64,000 nt of DNA from Eledone cirrhosa (Eukaryota), in NCBI GenBank assembly GCA_964016885.1, contig OZ024742.1, positions 298,840,001 through 298,904,000 on the forward strand. The letters run 5' to 3'. How positions within the stretch are numbered: the stretch's first letter is position 1; each line of letters starts with the position of its first letter. Of the stretch, positions 1 to 15,974 are shown one piece after another. The position numbers and the translations under genes are program-made. The notes below the pieces were generated by a model. The model ran no database searches, was not told the origin of the DNA, and worked only from the letters and a program-made list of their open reading frames with translations.

Positions 1-2894
1 GCAACACACACAACTATGACGATAGATATAATGACAACCCCTTGGAGAAACTATTTTTCAACCCAGCTGACAAAACATATAAGATGGGTAATATCTATCC
101 TACGAGGTTACCCTTTAATAAAAGAGTTTGCATACCACAACAAATAGATAACGAGACAGAGGCACAGTTCACCATAGCTAGAAATAAGATTGGACAAATA
201 GTAGACAGGTATACTAAGACACAGAGCAGACCAGAGGCCCAACAAATTGGGAGGAAACCTGTAGAAGGCTTGGTTAGCCTCAAGCAGCGCACAAGGGATG
301 GTGAGGTAGTATGTCTACCTACGAATAAGTCTGGTAGGATGTCAATAGATAGCATGCCGAACTACATCAAGGCTATGCAACCCCACATCACCAACACGAG
401 CGAAATTGCACAACAAACACACGATGGGAGAGAGAAAAACCTCAACGCTCACATGACGATGTGGACTGACATCCTAAAGCCAAGCAGACGCACTGCCAAC
501 AACTTCCAGGCGTCTAACAATGGCATACCACCCTTTATGGTCTCCGCAAAGACCACAAGACAGTCGACGACCCGACAACAGGACCACCAACAAGACCCGT
601 ATGCGGAGCTAATGTAGCTAGTAACTACAGGATCTACTTCCTCTCAATGGTTATACGCCCCATAATCAAATGTCCCCAGATGTATGTGACAGTACAGAGG
701 ACCTCCTCAGCAGAATCAGTGAGTGCAACAAAAACAGGAACCTATCCAACTGCATAATAGGCAGCATGGATGTGGTGTCACTGTACCCATCCATTAACAT
801 TGATTTTGCTGTGAAAAGATGTGTGGAGATGATCATTGGGAGTGAGGTGGAGTTCTGCGACGTCGACACAGACGAACTGGGCCTCCTACGACACTGACTA
901 CCTAGACAGCCATGACCTTAGACGTTTCTGCCCTAGTAGACCTATAAAAGGTAGACCCCCCCACCATAACCTCAATGGCAAAAAAGACTCCCATGCGAAG
1001 GTGGATTGGGAGGATCAAAGCTATACGGACCCCCCAAAACAATGATCAGGTAAGAAAAATGGTCGCACATGCAATAGAGGCTAGTATCAAAACTACCCTA
1101 AAGGGCCACATATTTAGGTTCAACGAGAAGATCTACAACCAAAATGAGGGAGCAGCCATCGGCGTCAGCATAGCTGGTGATGTTGCCAACCTTTTCATGG
1201 TATGGTGGGAAAGGAGACTTAAAGATCTCCTTAATGAGAGCTTCATATACCTCATTATGTACTCTCGTTATGTAGACGATATCAATATAGTTATAAGAAC
1301 ACCCCCACTAGAGAGTACTAACAAGTTTGATTTAGAACGTAGCACGATGGAAAGCATCCAGCAGATAGATAATTCCATACACCAGAGTATAACTGTAACT
1401 ATCGACTTCCCTTCCAAACACCCTAACAATAGACTACCTGTATTAGACACAGAATTCTGGATTAACACTATAGACGAGAGAGCCCAAATTCTCCACTCAC
1501 ACTATACTAAACCCATGGCCTCTAAATACCTGATACTAAAAAACTCAGCAAGTTTAATATTCTGATCGCAGATTTGGTACGAGTGATGAAGAATGTGTCC
1601 CGCATGTACGACCCAACAGAAATGGTAAGACACATCCAACACTTCATCAACCGCATGCAGTTCTCTGGCTACAACCAAAGAGAGAGAGTCAGAGTATACG
1701 AGGGAGCCATGGAGAAGTATAAGACCCTCATAGAACTGGACATGAAAGGAATTTGCCCATTATACAGGAGCAAATCATGGAATAGCTTAGATAGGGCTAG
1801 ACATAAGATAGGGAAAGCCAGCTCATGGTACGACGACCAGAGATACCAGGGTGTCATGTTTGTGGACGCTACCTCTGGAGGGAAATTAGCTAACAAGTGT
1901 AGAAAGGCCCTGAGAAAGACCCACTTGAAAATAAAGGTGGTAGAAAAGCCAGGAACCACCATAAAATCCCTGATCGGCAAAACCTACCCTTTTAAGAAAA
2001 CCCACTGTACTAATAGGAAATGTATCATATGTAAGGTGAACCCCCGGATAAACTGTAAAACTAGAAACGTAGTCTATAGCATAAGATGTACAGAGGGTAC
2101 TTGCAGAAACATGACAACAACATACATAGGTGAGACAGCTCGTAGCATAGGTGAAAGGATAGACCAACACTGGGGGGAACTAAAAGGACGAAAAAACGGG
2201 TCAGTACTATACGAACATGCTAGACAACAACATGACGGTAACATAGACAACATAGAAATTAGAATAATACCTAAGCATAGAAATGACCCAGCAGATAGGC
2301 AAATCAGAGAGGCCAGTGAAATAGAAATTAGAAGACCAAGGCTAAACAGAAAGAATGAATGGAATAACAACAACACCCAAACAAACAACACCGACCTAAG
2401 AGAAGTATAAATAAGTAAATAAAATAAAATAAATAAATAAATAAATAAATACATACACAAGCATAATAACAACAAGCACATAAACACACACTAGTCACCC
2501 ATCACACAGCAAACAAAACACTATACACACACGCAAACGCATGCGCAAACAAGACAACATAAAATAAACAAACAAGCAAATAAATAAATAAATATATAGA
2601 CAGACTGAATAAAAATGGCGTAGACATACAATACAACAGGAGGAAATATAGCACCACTGACGATGTTGCAGATGTGCAACGAAATATTTATGATAAACTA
2701 TATATATGTGTTTGTGTCTATATTGTATCTGTATTATTTTTGACCGTCGGTCAGTCAATGGCAACATGGAGGACCGAGTAAGTTAGATTACCGATATAAA
2801 AGACACAGAAGCGAGAAGCGAAAACCAACCATACAGTGAGTGTGTTCTGTTATTAATTCTGGCAATATTACACAAATATGACCCTCCCCAAGTA

Positions 2895-2898
<4 letters not shown>
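1..2898 (+). mobile_element. Penelope-like element 1 (Neptune-like), degenerate RT + GIY-YIG ORF with 3' pseudo-LTR
   Basis: Frameshifted ORFs 42-617, 670-897 (GSMDVVSLYPSI), 975-1565 (GAAIG, YSRYVDD, LPVLD) and 1574-2410 (Cys linker, VVYSIRC, YIGETAR); degenerate hammerhead at about 2652-2695; ends in (TA)n. Confidence 0.9.
2652..2695 (+). ncRNA. Degenerate type I hammerhead ribozyme in PLE1 pseudo-LTR
   Basis: CTGACGA t GTTGCA-gatg-TGCAAC GAAA tatt TA; stems I and III are mismatched. Confidence 0.55.
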
Positions 2899-2969
<71 letters not shown>

Positions 2970-3338
2970 CATTAAATGGAAAAACATATGCCCAAGAGGA
3001 AGGAGCAGCCATTGGTGTTAGCATTGCAGGCGACATAGCTAACTTATTCATGGTATGGTGGGACAGTAGACTTAAACTTAAAATTAAAGAACAATTAGAA
3101 GACCCCTTAACTCTGATAATGTACTCCCGCTACGTTGATGATATAAACATCGTAGTTAAGACACTCCCACTAGAGAACAGTCAGGAACTAGAGAAAAACA
3201 CAATGGAAAGCATCCAGCAAATAGCTAACTCCATCCACCAGAGTATTAGAGTTACTATAGACTACCCAAGTAAACACCCCAACCATCGATTACCTGTACT
3301 AGACACAGAGCTCTGGTTAGATACCATTAATAACAAAA

Positions 3339-3525
3339 AACGGTGGTGGATTGGCAGTATCGGTAGAGGGTCGGACGCCATGCTTTCCAGCATAGTTACG
3401 TCCCTTCACGATCTGAGTTCAAATCCCGCCGAGGTTGACTTTGCCTTTCATCCTTACGGGGTCGATAAAATAAAGTACCAGTAATGCACTGGGTAATTGC
3501 TGGCCTTGTGCCAAAAGTAGAAACA
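3339..3525 (+). mobile_element. tRNA-derived SINE inserted in PLE2 RT
   Basis: B-box-like gagttcaaatcc; body gcctttcatccttacggggtcgataaaataaagtacc; 13-bp TSD attaataacaaaa at 3326-3338 and 3526-3538. Confidence 0.85.
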
Positions 3526-4667
3526 ATTAATAACAAAATACAATCCTCCATTCCCATTATGCCAAACCCATGACTTCCAAACATCTGATCCACTGAAACT
3601 CAGCTGTTTCGGACCATACCAAAATCAACATACTGATTGCGGATTTGGTACGGGTGATGAGAAACGTGTCCCGCGTGTGCAACCCCGAAGAACTAGAGAG
3701 ACACATACAACACTTCATCCACCGTATGCAGTTCTCTGGTTACAATCAGAGAGATAAAATCAGAGTGTATAGAGGAGCCAGAACCAAATGGGAAAAAATA
3801 GTAAATAATGACACAAATGGGACCTGCCCCTTGTATAGGAGCAAATTTTGGAATAGAATAGAAAGAACTAGGAATAAGGCTAATAGAATAAACTCATGGT
3901 ATGATAGCAATAAATACCAGAGTGTAATGTTCATCGATACAACCCCCCCCTAGAGGTGAATTAGCTAACAAATTTAGAAGGGCCCTAGATAAACATAAAC
4001 TCAATATTAAGATAGTAGAAAGACCAGGTACCTCCGTAAAAACACTTATTAGCAAGACATACCCTTTTCAAAGACCCCCCCCTGTATAGATAAGAAATGT
4101 ATAACCTGTAAAATAAGCCCCCATATTAACTGTAAAACTAGAAATGTAGTGTATAGCATAAGATCTACTGAAGGACAATGTAGAGACAAAAATATAGTGT
4201 ACATAGGTGAGACAGATCGTAGTGTAGGGGAACGGATAAATGAACACTGGCGAGACCTTCAAGATAGTAAAGAATCATCTGTACTCTACCAACATGCTAA
4301 AATAGAACATAAGGGTAAATTAGAGAACATAGAAATAAAAATAGAATCTACACACAGAAAAGACGCAATATTTAGACGAATCCCAGAGGCAATAAACATA
4401 AAAGAATTACAACCAAAATTAAATAGAAAGTATGAGTGGAACAGCAACATCACAACTTACAATTAAGGACAAAATTAAAACACACACGCACATAGAACAA
4501 ACAACCAACCGGTAAAATGTAAATAAACAAATAAATAAACGAATATAAACACACACAGACACCCGGATGTGGCGCATGCGCAGACTGAGCACACAGCATA
4601 CACACAGAAACAAAATGGCGTAGGACAGAACAAAGGAGAGGCACAAAAACAAAGAAAAGAATCCCCA

Positions 4668-4710
4668 GTCACTGAAGAGGTCACAGAATGTGTGACGAAA
4701 GAACTTTGAC
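4668..4710 (+). ncRNA. Minimal type I hammerhead (PLE2 pseudo-LTR)
   Basis: gtca CTGAAGA g GTCACA-gaatg-TGTGAC GAAA GaaC TT tgac; partial copies at about 11076-11094 (-) and 18078-18103 (+). Confidence 0.75.
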
Positions 4711-4983
4711 AATATATAAGCAACTATCCGGTTGTGGAACCAACCAACCAACCAGAAATTTATAAATCCCTAAATTTACAAATTTATTATTATAAATTGA
4801 AGTGAAAGCAACTGGTGCGTGTGTTTCTTATTGGCAACATGAGCCTCCCAAAGTATAACAATATATATATACATATATATAGTAATAATAATAAAATTGA
4901 AGACTAAAATCCAAAGAGGGCTCGATAAGGAAAATATATATCAAATATATAAGAACCGTAGAGCAAATATTTATTAAAATAAC

Positions 4984-6128
4984 ATTAAAGTTTAAGCAAA
5001 GAATCGCTGCTTTCACCCTTAACGGGATCTTCTGAAACTAACAAAGTCAATCTGTAAACGCAGAACTGGATATTTTAAAAAACGTTGCGACCGGAGGAAG
5101 ACAGGAAGACGATACTTTGGTTCATGGAAACGTTCGCTGGCTAAGAACGGGAAAAAACGAATAATACGTCATTAATAAAAAACAATTACGCGCAAAGACA
5201 GAACCACGTTTATGGTATAATAGAGGTCGTAGACTAATGTTCTCTTAGGTGGTGCAAAGAGACGTTCTCTGGCGATGAACGAAAAAAGCGAAGATAATAC
5301 GTCATATGTGGAGCGTGGAGAACAATAGCACGCAAAGACAAAACCACGTAAAAGGTAAAGCAGAAGTTGTAGACTAAAATTCTAACTAGGAGACCAAATG
5401 AATCTCCGCTACAGAGTTAAGAACAAAGTAAATAAATACAATACAGAAGTAATAGAAACAAATAAATACATACACGCAAACAGATACGTACATACACAAG
5501 CATTCGCAAAACCTTACCATAGGTATACAAAACCACGCACATATAAATATGTGTTTGTGTGTATGCTTGTGTACAAATAAATAAATAAATAATTATATAA
5601 ACGTATATAAGTAAATAAATACGTATATAACAAGCGCACACACATACCTACAAATAAATACACGAATGTTCGGAGACGTAAGTCAACTAAAACAAGAAGT
5701 ACACATATACACACACCCACCATACGTACGAACCTGCATACTCACGCAGACGCAAAACTCCCGTATACACGTAGCCAAACCCTAAATACCAGTATTATCT
5801 TCGTATTATCTTCGTTTTTTTCGTTCATCGCCAGAGAACGTCTCTATGCACCACCTAAGAGAACATTAGTCTACAACCTCTATTATACCATAAACGTGGT
5901 TCTGTCTTTGCGCGTAATTGTTTTTCACCGCTCCTATTAATGACGTATTATTCGTTTTTTCCCGTTCTGAGCCAGCGAACGTTTCCACGAACCAAAGTAT
6001 CGTCTTCCTGTCTTCCTCCGGTCGCAACGTTTTTTGAAATATCCAGTTCTGCGTTTACAGATTGACTTTGTTAGTTTCAGAAGATCCCGTTAAGGGTGAA
6101 AGCAGCGATTCTTTGCTTAAACTTTAAT
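4984..6128. repeat. About 320-bp inverted repeat (4984-5301 / 5802-6128), PLE-type pseudo-LTR with a hammerhead in each arm
   Basis: Arms are reverse complements with few substitutions; HHR at 4989-5039 (-) and 6073-6123 (+). Confidence 0.8.
6073..6123 (+). ncRNA. Type I hammerhead, U4A core variant
   Basis: agttt CAGAAGA t-ccc-gttaa-ggg-t GAAA GCAG-cgattct-TTGC TT aaact; mirror copy at 4989-5039 (-). Confidence 0.6.
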
Positions 6129-6142
6129 CTGTTATTGTAATA

Positions 6143-7071
<929 letters not shown>

Positions 7072-7074
<3 letters not shown>

Positions 7075-7256
7075 CGAAGGAAATGTGGTAAGGAACCAGG
7101 TGGACCATAACGCACCAAAGTACTCAATACTTGAGGTAGTAGAGTGGGTAATAGGAACCAGTAAGACCCCGACAGCTGAGCTCAAGCCGTTTCGACGGCT
7201 AATTCAGAATTAGCCGTCGAAACGGCTTGAGCTCAGCTGTCGGGGTCTTACTGGTT

Positions 7257-7260
<4 letters not shown>
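7072..7260. mobile_element. Fold-back pseudo-LTR fragment carrying the 3' half of a hammerhead
   Basis: Palindrome centred at about 7206; GAAA CGGCT-tgagctc-AGCTG TC; same family at 26175-26350. Confidence 0.65.
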
Positions 7261-7338
<78 letters not shown>

Positions 7339-9282
7339 CTTTCGTGTTCGTGTGTGTGTGTATGTATGTATATATATATATATAAAACACCTGCTGGAAT
7401 AAAAACCTAATATTATATGTAATGTATTATTTCACAACGTATGAATTATTGGATGCCGTTCATCATAGACGACAATTCTAAGCAACGATAAAAGATAATG
7501 ATGACTTCAAATCAAGACATGCTACCATTGTAAAGGAAAACTTCATAACTATAATCAACACATATTTTAGAAACACCACACTTATCTATATATTCTATGA
7601 TTATCTATTACTAATTATGTTGCAAGTTACATTTACACATTAGATATTATATAGAAAATAAGTGTTTACTTATCATTCGCTAAAAATAATCTACTATCCA
7701 CAATTAAGTCATTTCCACCATTTACTTCAGTCATTTTGTGCCATTCAACTAAAACAAAATACGGGATTCTTTCTGTTTCAACTTACATTTACTAGACTAG
7801 TGTTTAATACTGAAATGGCGTATAAACAGGCCGCCCAAGTACCTGGGAGGACGAGAAGCACCGATAACCCATTATATCTTTCAGGGTTTCCATGACTGGT
7901 GAGAAGGTAGGTCTGCTAAAATTAAACATGGACGTAGATGGTAGTGTTAAACCAGGTAAAGGATTAGGTGTGCCACCTAAGGCTATGTTGTGTGCCCCAA
8001 ATTCATTCTAGAATACAGCCTTTGCCCTAATGCAGGCTCCGATCACTGCTTAACTAGACATTAACAACATTGACCTCTAGTCTCTCTGAACAAATCTTTC
8101 TTATAATCTCTCCTCTGAATTATTCCTCTCAGTCTAACACAATCATTGAAACAGTTGCAGTGTTTAAATTATATTTTTTTCTACATCGTGGACATCTTTC
8201 TAAGCTCAAGTTCTAATATCGTCATACTCAGTGACAATGATATAGATGTCAACACGCTCTAATGGTATCACTAGACAAACCAGTTATAGCTCTTCAACTC
8301 CTACACGTATATAATTGGTTCACATGTCAGATTATCTGGTAATCTGAAGTAATTGCAACAGAGAATATCATCTAAAAATGTCCCTGACACATTATTAACA
8401 TATTTACTAGAGTAGATATGCTAATTCGTATATATGATGAGATCATCATGACGCTATAATACTTTATTTCTCTTTAGTTTACATTCTTCATCCTTTCTCC
8501 ACTGTTTTTTTTATTTCAGTGGTTCTCCAAAGGAAAACAAAAGGTTTTAGCTCCATCATTCCCGCTTTTTTCATCTTCCCTTCTCTCCACTCTCTCTATA
8601 CTCCTCTCACTTCTCATTTTATGCTTTATACTCTTTTCTTTCACTCCCTTCTTCTCTCCGTTCATATTCTCAATGTGAGGTTATACCTTTAGCCGACGTA
8701 TTGCTATGCACATAACAACCGGCTGTTTACAGCTACTACCGTGTTGAGATTCCTTCAACTTTTTGTAAATTCATATATATATATATGTGTCTGTGTGTCT
8801 TTAGGATGACTGGAGGGGAAAGAGGTTGAACCGTCTCTCACCTACTAAATAGCCGCTATGGATAGCGTCTCTAACAACATCCCCTAAACAAATTCCCACT
8901 GCTCGGCATCCCGCGTATCCCTGTTTAAATCAGCAGGAAGAAATATGAAAGGGGCGTCTCTAGCCCATCAAAACCTGATAGATCTGGTTCATTGTCTTTC
9001 AGATTTATCTTTATTGAAGCTGTCGTATAATCGCCATGTTTGCTCGAAGTAAAGAAAACATTTGTCTTGTTCTTCTTTATAAATGTCAACAACGCCATAG
9101 TGCAGGCTCAGCAGTAAATCACTATAAAAACTTATAGAGATGACATAGATATTGAAAGAACATGCAGGATATGGTCTTCCGCAATTCAGAGACGGGGACT
9201 ACCGCCTACAGGGTAAATCACGAAAAAGGGTCCAGAGAAGACTGGATTCTGAATCATATGTTATATGTATGTATACATAAAA

Positions 9283-9328
<46 letters not shown>

Positions 9329-9330
<2 letters not shown>

Positions 9331-9480
9331 TTGGTTAGAGCGTCGGTCTTACAATCCTGAGGTTGTGCGTTCGGTTCTTGGACCGGGCTTTGCGTTGCGT
9401 TCTTGAGCAAGACATTTTAATTCACGTTGCTCCAGTTCACTCAGCTGTAGAAATGAGTTGCGATGTCACTGATGCCAAGC
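9329..9480 (+). mobile_element. tRNA-derived SINE with CORE-like domain
   Basis: tggttagagcg...gttcggttc head followed by tcttgagcaagacattttaattcacgttgctccag. Confidence 0.75.
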
Positions 9481-9823
9481 TCTAGCAGGAGGAAACTCTG
9501 ATGGAAATCCTGCGAGCCAATGATGTTGAACTGTTCATTTTTTTACCTACTTGTCACTATTTTTCAGAGAGAGGGAATTGGTTCAGTGCCTTTCTTCACT
9601 TAAAAAAGCGTCAAGGACAGACATCACCCGATCTAAATGACTTTGGCAAGCGTTGCGTGACCATGGTCTTTTCTTTTGCCTTTAGCTGTTACATATGCAG
9701 AAAATAATGTAAGTCCTTGGTAGTGCTAACAAACAAGTCATGTTCGTGTTTTCATGTATGAGAAATAGGTCAAGGCATAGCGTATTTTCGAAACCAAAAT
9801 GCAGTCGTTATATATATATATAT

Positions 9824-9898
<75 letters not shown>

Positions 9899-9902
<4 letters not shown>

Positions 9903-10326
9903 ATATAGAAATGGCTTCTACAAGACTAGAACAGTTTTATTCGGGAGAAATCATCAGGAAGCCAATTGTCCAAGTAATATGGAGAGCATGTGTGTGGGTG
10001 AGTGATTGTAGGCACCTGACCATTTCAGTAGAGCCACGAATGAATAGTCATTGTTTGCTTAAGTGAAAAGAATCAGGAGTGCAAGTGTAAACCTGTCTAC
10101 TGACACTTAGCTTGAATTATTTCTGCCTTTGTTCTCTAAATATAGTTTTTAAAGAGTTCCCTTTTCTTTAAATCCACCAACCAATTACCTCAACCCATCC
10201 CAATCACCACCCTCCTACCACCAGAAAAGTAATAAATACCACCACATTACTTGGACAGTCGGCTTCCTGATGATTTCTCCCGAATGAAACAGTTCTAGTC
10301 CTGTAGGAGCCATTTCTATATTAAAT
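9899..10326. repeat. Inverted pseudo-LTR pair (about 9899-9978 / 10246-10326)
   Basis: Reverse-complement arms; intact HHR in the right arm, broken core in the left. Confidence 0.75.
10261..10311 (+). ncRNA. Type I hammerhead ribozyme
   Basis: ggcttc CTGATGA t-ttc-tccc-gaa-t GAAA CAG-ttctagtc-CTG TA ggagcc (GUA site). Confidence 0.85.
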
Positions 10327-10717
10327 ATTTATACCCTGCTATGTATTGAGTACCTTAATTACTGTGGTTACCCGCAATTGAACCAGGGATAAACTTATAT
10401 ATATATATGTAAATCTTCCGGCCTTTCCTATTCAGGTGCAATCACATAGACTAGACTACAGTAGTGTAAGCGTTGATATTGTGTGGTCGGTAACTGTTAA
10501 TTTAAAACGGTATCTGAAGCAATGCGACGAACGACACCCACGTTAGTGGATATCAGCTCTGCCCTGTTCAGCGCAAAATGTATTACTACTAAAACTAGAC
10601 ATAATTAATAGAAACGAATAAAGGAAAAAAAAGGAATAGATACCTATTGTTTAAATAAGTAATAAGTGTAATGTTGATGAAGTATGAAAATATAGTTTAA
10701 GACAAAAATATAAATCA

Positions 10718-10810
<93 letters not shown>

Positions 10811-10942
10811 TCTATATATATATATATATATTATATTATATACATATATATATACGTACATATATACATATATATATATATATATATACATATATACATA
10901 TATATATATATATACATATATACATATATATATATATATGTA

Positions 10943-11095
10943 TATTGTTATACTTTGGGAGGGTCATGTTGCCAATAAGAAACACACGCACCAGTTGCTT
11001 TCACTTCAATTTATTATATATTTATGAATTTCTGGTTGGTTGGTTGGCTCCACAACCAGATAGTTGTTTATATATAGTCATAGTTCTTTCGTCAT
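10943..11095 (-). mobile_element. Solo PLE2-family pseudo-LTR fragment
   Basis: Reverse complement of about 4694-4862. Confidence 0.85.
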
Positions 11096-11100
11096 AGTTC

Positions 11101-13352
11101 TTTCGGTATGCCTGACCGATTTAACTCACTCGATATGCAAATTAGGCTGCTCAGCCGTTAATTTTCATAAGGAAAGTATATACTTTCGAACGTTCAACTA
11201 TCTGGCAGAAGGGTATACGGTTCTGATGATAGCTAACAAGCTTGAAACTAGTACATCGTTCCTGTGTCAGTGTTGAACAAAAAGGTGACGTGGTTGCCTT
11301 AACACCGTATGGCATAAATTCAGGCTGTTCAGTTTGTTTACAAACGAACAAAGAGGCGTTATAATAAGCGTCCGCTAAACTGATACGTGCATATATGTAT
11401 GTGTACCTGTATGTATATATGTATATATATATATATATATATGCATGCTACTGTACGTCTGTATACATATATGTATGTACGTATACATACATACTTACAT
11501 TTAAGTAAGTGCCGTACTAAGAGTGAGAAATGAAATTTCGTTTTCATTTTATTTCAATTTATCGTTTTCGGTATGCCTGACCGATTTAGCTCACTCGATA
11601 TGCAAATTAGGCTGCTCAGCCGTTAATTTTCATAAGGAAAGTATATACTTTCGAACGTTCAACTATCTGGCAGATGGGTAAACGGTGCTGATGATAGCTA
11701 ACAAGCTTGAAACTAGTACATCGTTCCTGTGTCAGTGTTGAACAAAAAGGTGACGTGGTTGCCTTAACACCGTATGGCATAAATTCAGGCTGTTCAGTTT
11801 GTTTACAAACGAACAAAGCGACGTTAGCGCCGCTAAACTGATACGTGCATATATGTATGTGTACCTGTATGCATATGTATATATATATGTATATATATAT
11901 ATATATGTGCATGCTACTGTACGTCTGTATACATATATGTATGTACGTATACATGCATACTTACATTTAAGTAAGTGCCATACTAAGAGTGAGAAATGAA
12001 ATTTCGTTTTCATTTTGTTTCAATTTATCGTTTTCGGTATGCCTGACCGATTTAACTCACTCAATATGCAAATTAGGCTGCTCAGCCGTTAATTTTCATA
12101 AGGAAAGTATATACTTTCGAACGTTCAACTATCTGGCAGATGGGTAAACGGTGCTGATGATAGCTAACAAGCTTGAAACTAGTACATCGTTCCTGTGTCA
12201 GTGTTGAACAAAAAGGTGACGTGGTTGCCTTAACACCGTATGGCATAAATTCAGGCTGTTCAGTTTGTTTACAAACGAACAAAGCGACGTTAGCGCCGCT
12301 AAACTGATACGTGCATATATGTATGTGTACCTGTATGCATATGTATATATATATGTATATATATATATATATGTGCATGCTACTGTACGTCTGTATACAT
12401 ATATGTATGTACGTATACATGCATACTTACATTTAAGTAAGTGCCATACTAAGAGTGAGAAATGAAATTTCGTTTTCATTTTGTTTCAATTTATCGTTTT
12501 CGGTATGCCTGACCGATTTAACTCACTCAATATGCAAATTAGGCTGCTCAGCCGTTAATTTTCATAAGGAAAGTATATACTTTCGAACGTTCAACTATCT
12601 GGCAGATGGGTAAACGGTGCTGATGATAGCTAACAAGCTTGAAACTAGTACATCGTTCCTGTGTCAGTGTTGAACAAAAAGGTGACGTGGTTGCCTTAAC
12701 ACCGTATGGCATAAATTCAGGCTGTTCAGTTTGTTTACAAACGAACAAAGCGACGTTAGCGCCGCTAAACTGATACGTGCATATATGTATGTGTACCTGT
12801 ATGCATATGTATATATATATGTATATATATATATATATGTGCATGCTACTGTACGTCTGTATACATATATGTATGTACGTATACATGCATACTTACATTT
12901 AAGTAAGTGCCATACTAAGAGTGAGAAATGAAATTTCGTTTTCATTTTGTTTCAATTTATCGTTTTCGGTATGCCTGACCGATTTAACTCACTCAATATG
13001 CAAATTAGGCTGCTCAGCCGTTAATTTTCATAAGGAAAGTATATACTTTCGAACGTTCAACTATCTGGCAGATGGGTAAACGGTGCTGATGATAGCTAAC
13101 AAGCTTGAAACTAGTACATCGTTCCTGTGTCAGTGTTGAACAAAAAGGTGACGTGGTTGCCTTAACACCGTATGGCATAAATTCAGGCTGTTCAGTTTGT
13201 TTACAAACGAACAAAGCGACGTTAGCGCCGCTAAACTGATACGTGCATATATGTATGTGTACCTGTATGCATATGTATATATATATATATATGTGCATGC
13301 TACTGTACGTCTGTATACATATATGTATGTACGTATACATGCATACTTACAT
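11101..13352 (+). mobile_element. Tandem array of 466-bp hammerhead-containing units (retrozyme-like), about 5 copies
   Basis: Unit starts at 11101, 11566, 12032, 12498, 12964; HHR at 11216-11260, 11681-11725, 12147-12191, 12613-12657, 13079-13123. Confidence 0.85.
11681..11725 (+). ncRNA. Minimal type I hammerhead (representative of the 466-bp array)
   Basis: aacggtg CTGATGA t-agct-aaca-agct-t GAAAC ta GTA catcgtt; palindromic ACTAGT stem III. Confidence 0.88.
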
Positions 13353-13407
13353 TTATATATATATACATATATATATATAGATTCTATATATATATACAGC
13401 GTTCATT

Positions 13408-13642
13408 TGTCAGTGTTGAACAAACTACGGCTTAATACGGGATGTTTGTTTACAAACACACCGAGCATTATAATAAATGTTCGGTGAATCCATACGTACA
13501 TATATATATGTGTGCATATATGTATATGTATTTACATACTACTGTACGTCTGTATACATATATGTAGTATGTGTACATACTTATATTTAAGTAAGAGCCG
13601 TACTAAGAGTGGGAAATGAAATTTCGCGTCATTTTTTCCGTT
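13408..13642 (+). repeat. Diverged partial relative of the 466-bp unit
   Basis: Shares gtcagtgttgaacaaa, tttgtttacaaac, actgtacgtctgtatac, gtactaagagtg..aaatgaaatttcg. Confidence 0.7.
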
Positions 13643-15458
<1,816 letters not shown>

Positions 15459-15462
15459 GGAG

Positions 15463-15600
15463 TGGAGGCGCTTGGCTGAGTGGTTAGAGAATTGGATTCA
15501 CAATCGTGAGGTTGTGAGTTCGATTCCCGAACCTGGCGATGCGTTATGTCCTTGAGCAAGACACTTTATTTCACGTTCCTACTTCTACCTGGAGTTCCGA
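15463..15600 (+). mobile_element. tRNA-derived CORE-like SINE
   Basis: A box tggctgagtgg, B box gttcgattcc, then gtccttgagcaagacactttatttcacgtt. Confidence 0.8.
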
Positions 15601-15974
15601 CCGATAGATAGTGCTAGTAATTAGAAAGACAGATAGATGAGCTAGATAGATCAGATACGTCGGTAGATATGTAAAACTTATATAGGTAGTGATAATGAAA
15701 CTTAGAAAGATGCAAATTGATTGACGAGTTATTCCCAAAAGACAACAGCTCAAGGCCTCACTGGCCAGCATAGACATTGAGGCAAGACATACAAATGCAT
15801 ACTCACACAGACACTAGTAAACGCGTGTGTATGTGTGTGGGTATGTGTGTGTATGTATGTATGTATGTATGTGTGTATGTATGTGTGTATGTGTATGTGT
15901 GTGTATGCATGTATGTATGCATGTATGTGTGTATGTATGTATGCGTGTATGTATGTGTGTATGTATGTATGAAT

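Larger units (their letters stand above)
2967..4860 (+). mobile_element. Penelope-like element 2, 5'-truncated, interrupted by a SINE
   Basis: GAAIG/YSRYVDD/LPVLD in 2967-3340, ORF 3645-3953, GIY-YIG YIGETDR in 4149-4466; homologous to PLE1; pseudo-LTR about 4660-4860. Confidence 0.9.

Noticed and set aside
7390-9260. Unique-looking sequence, possibly a decayed retroelement 3' region or host exon
   Set aside because: No recognisable motif, ORF or ribozyme could be supported.
15463-15540. tRNA genes (also at 9329, 37340 and 3340)
   Set aside because: The A/B boxes run into SINE bodies and no complete cloverleaf forms.
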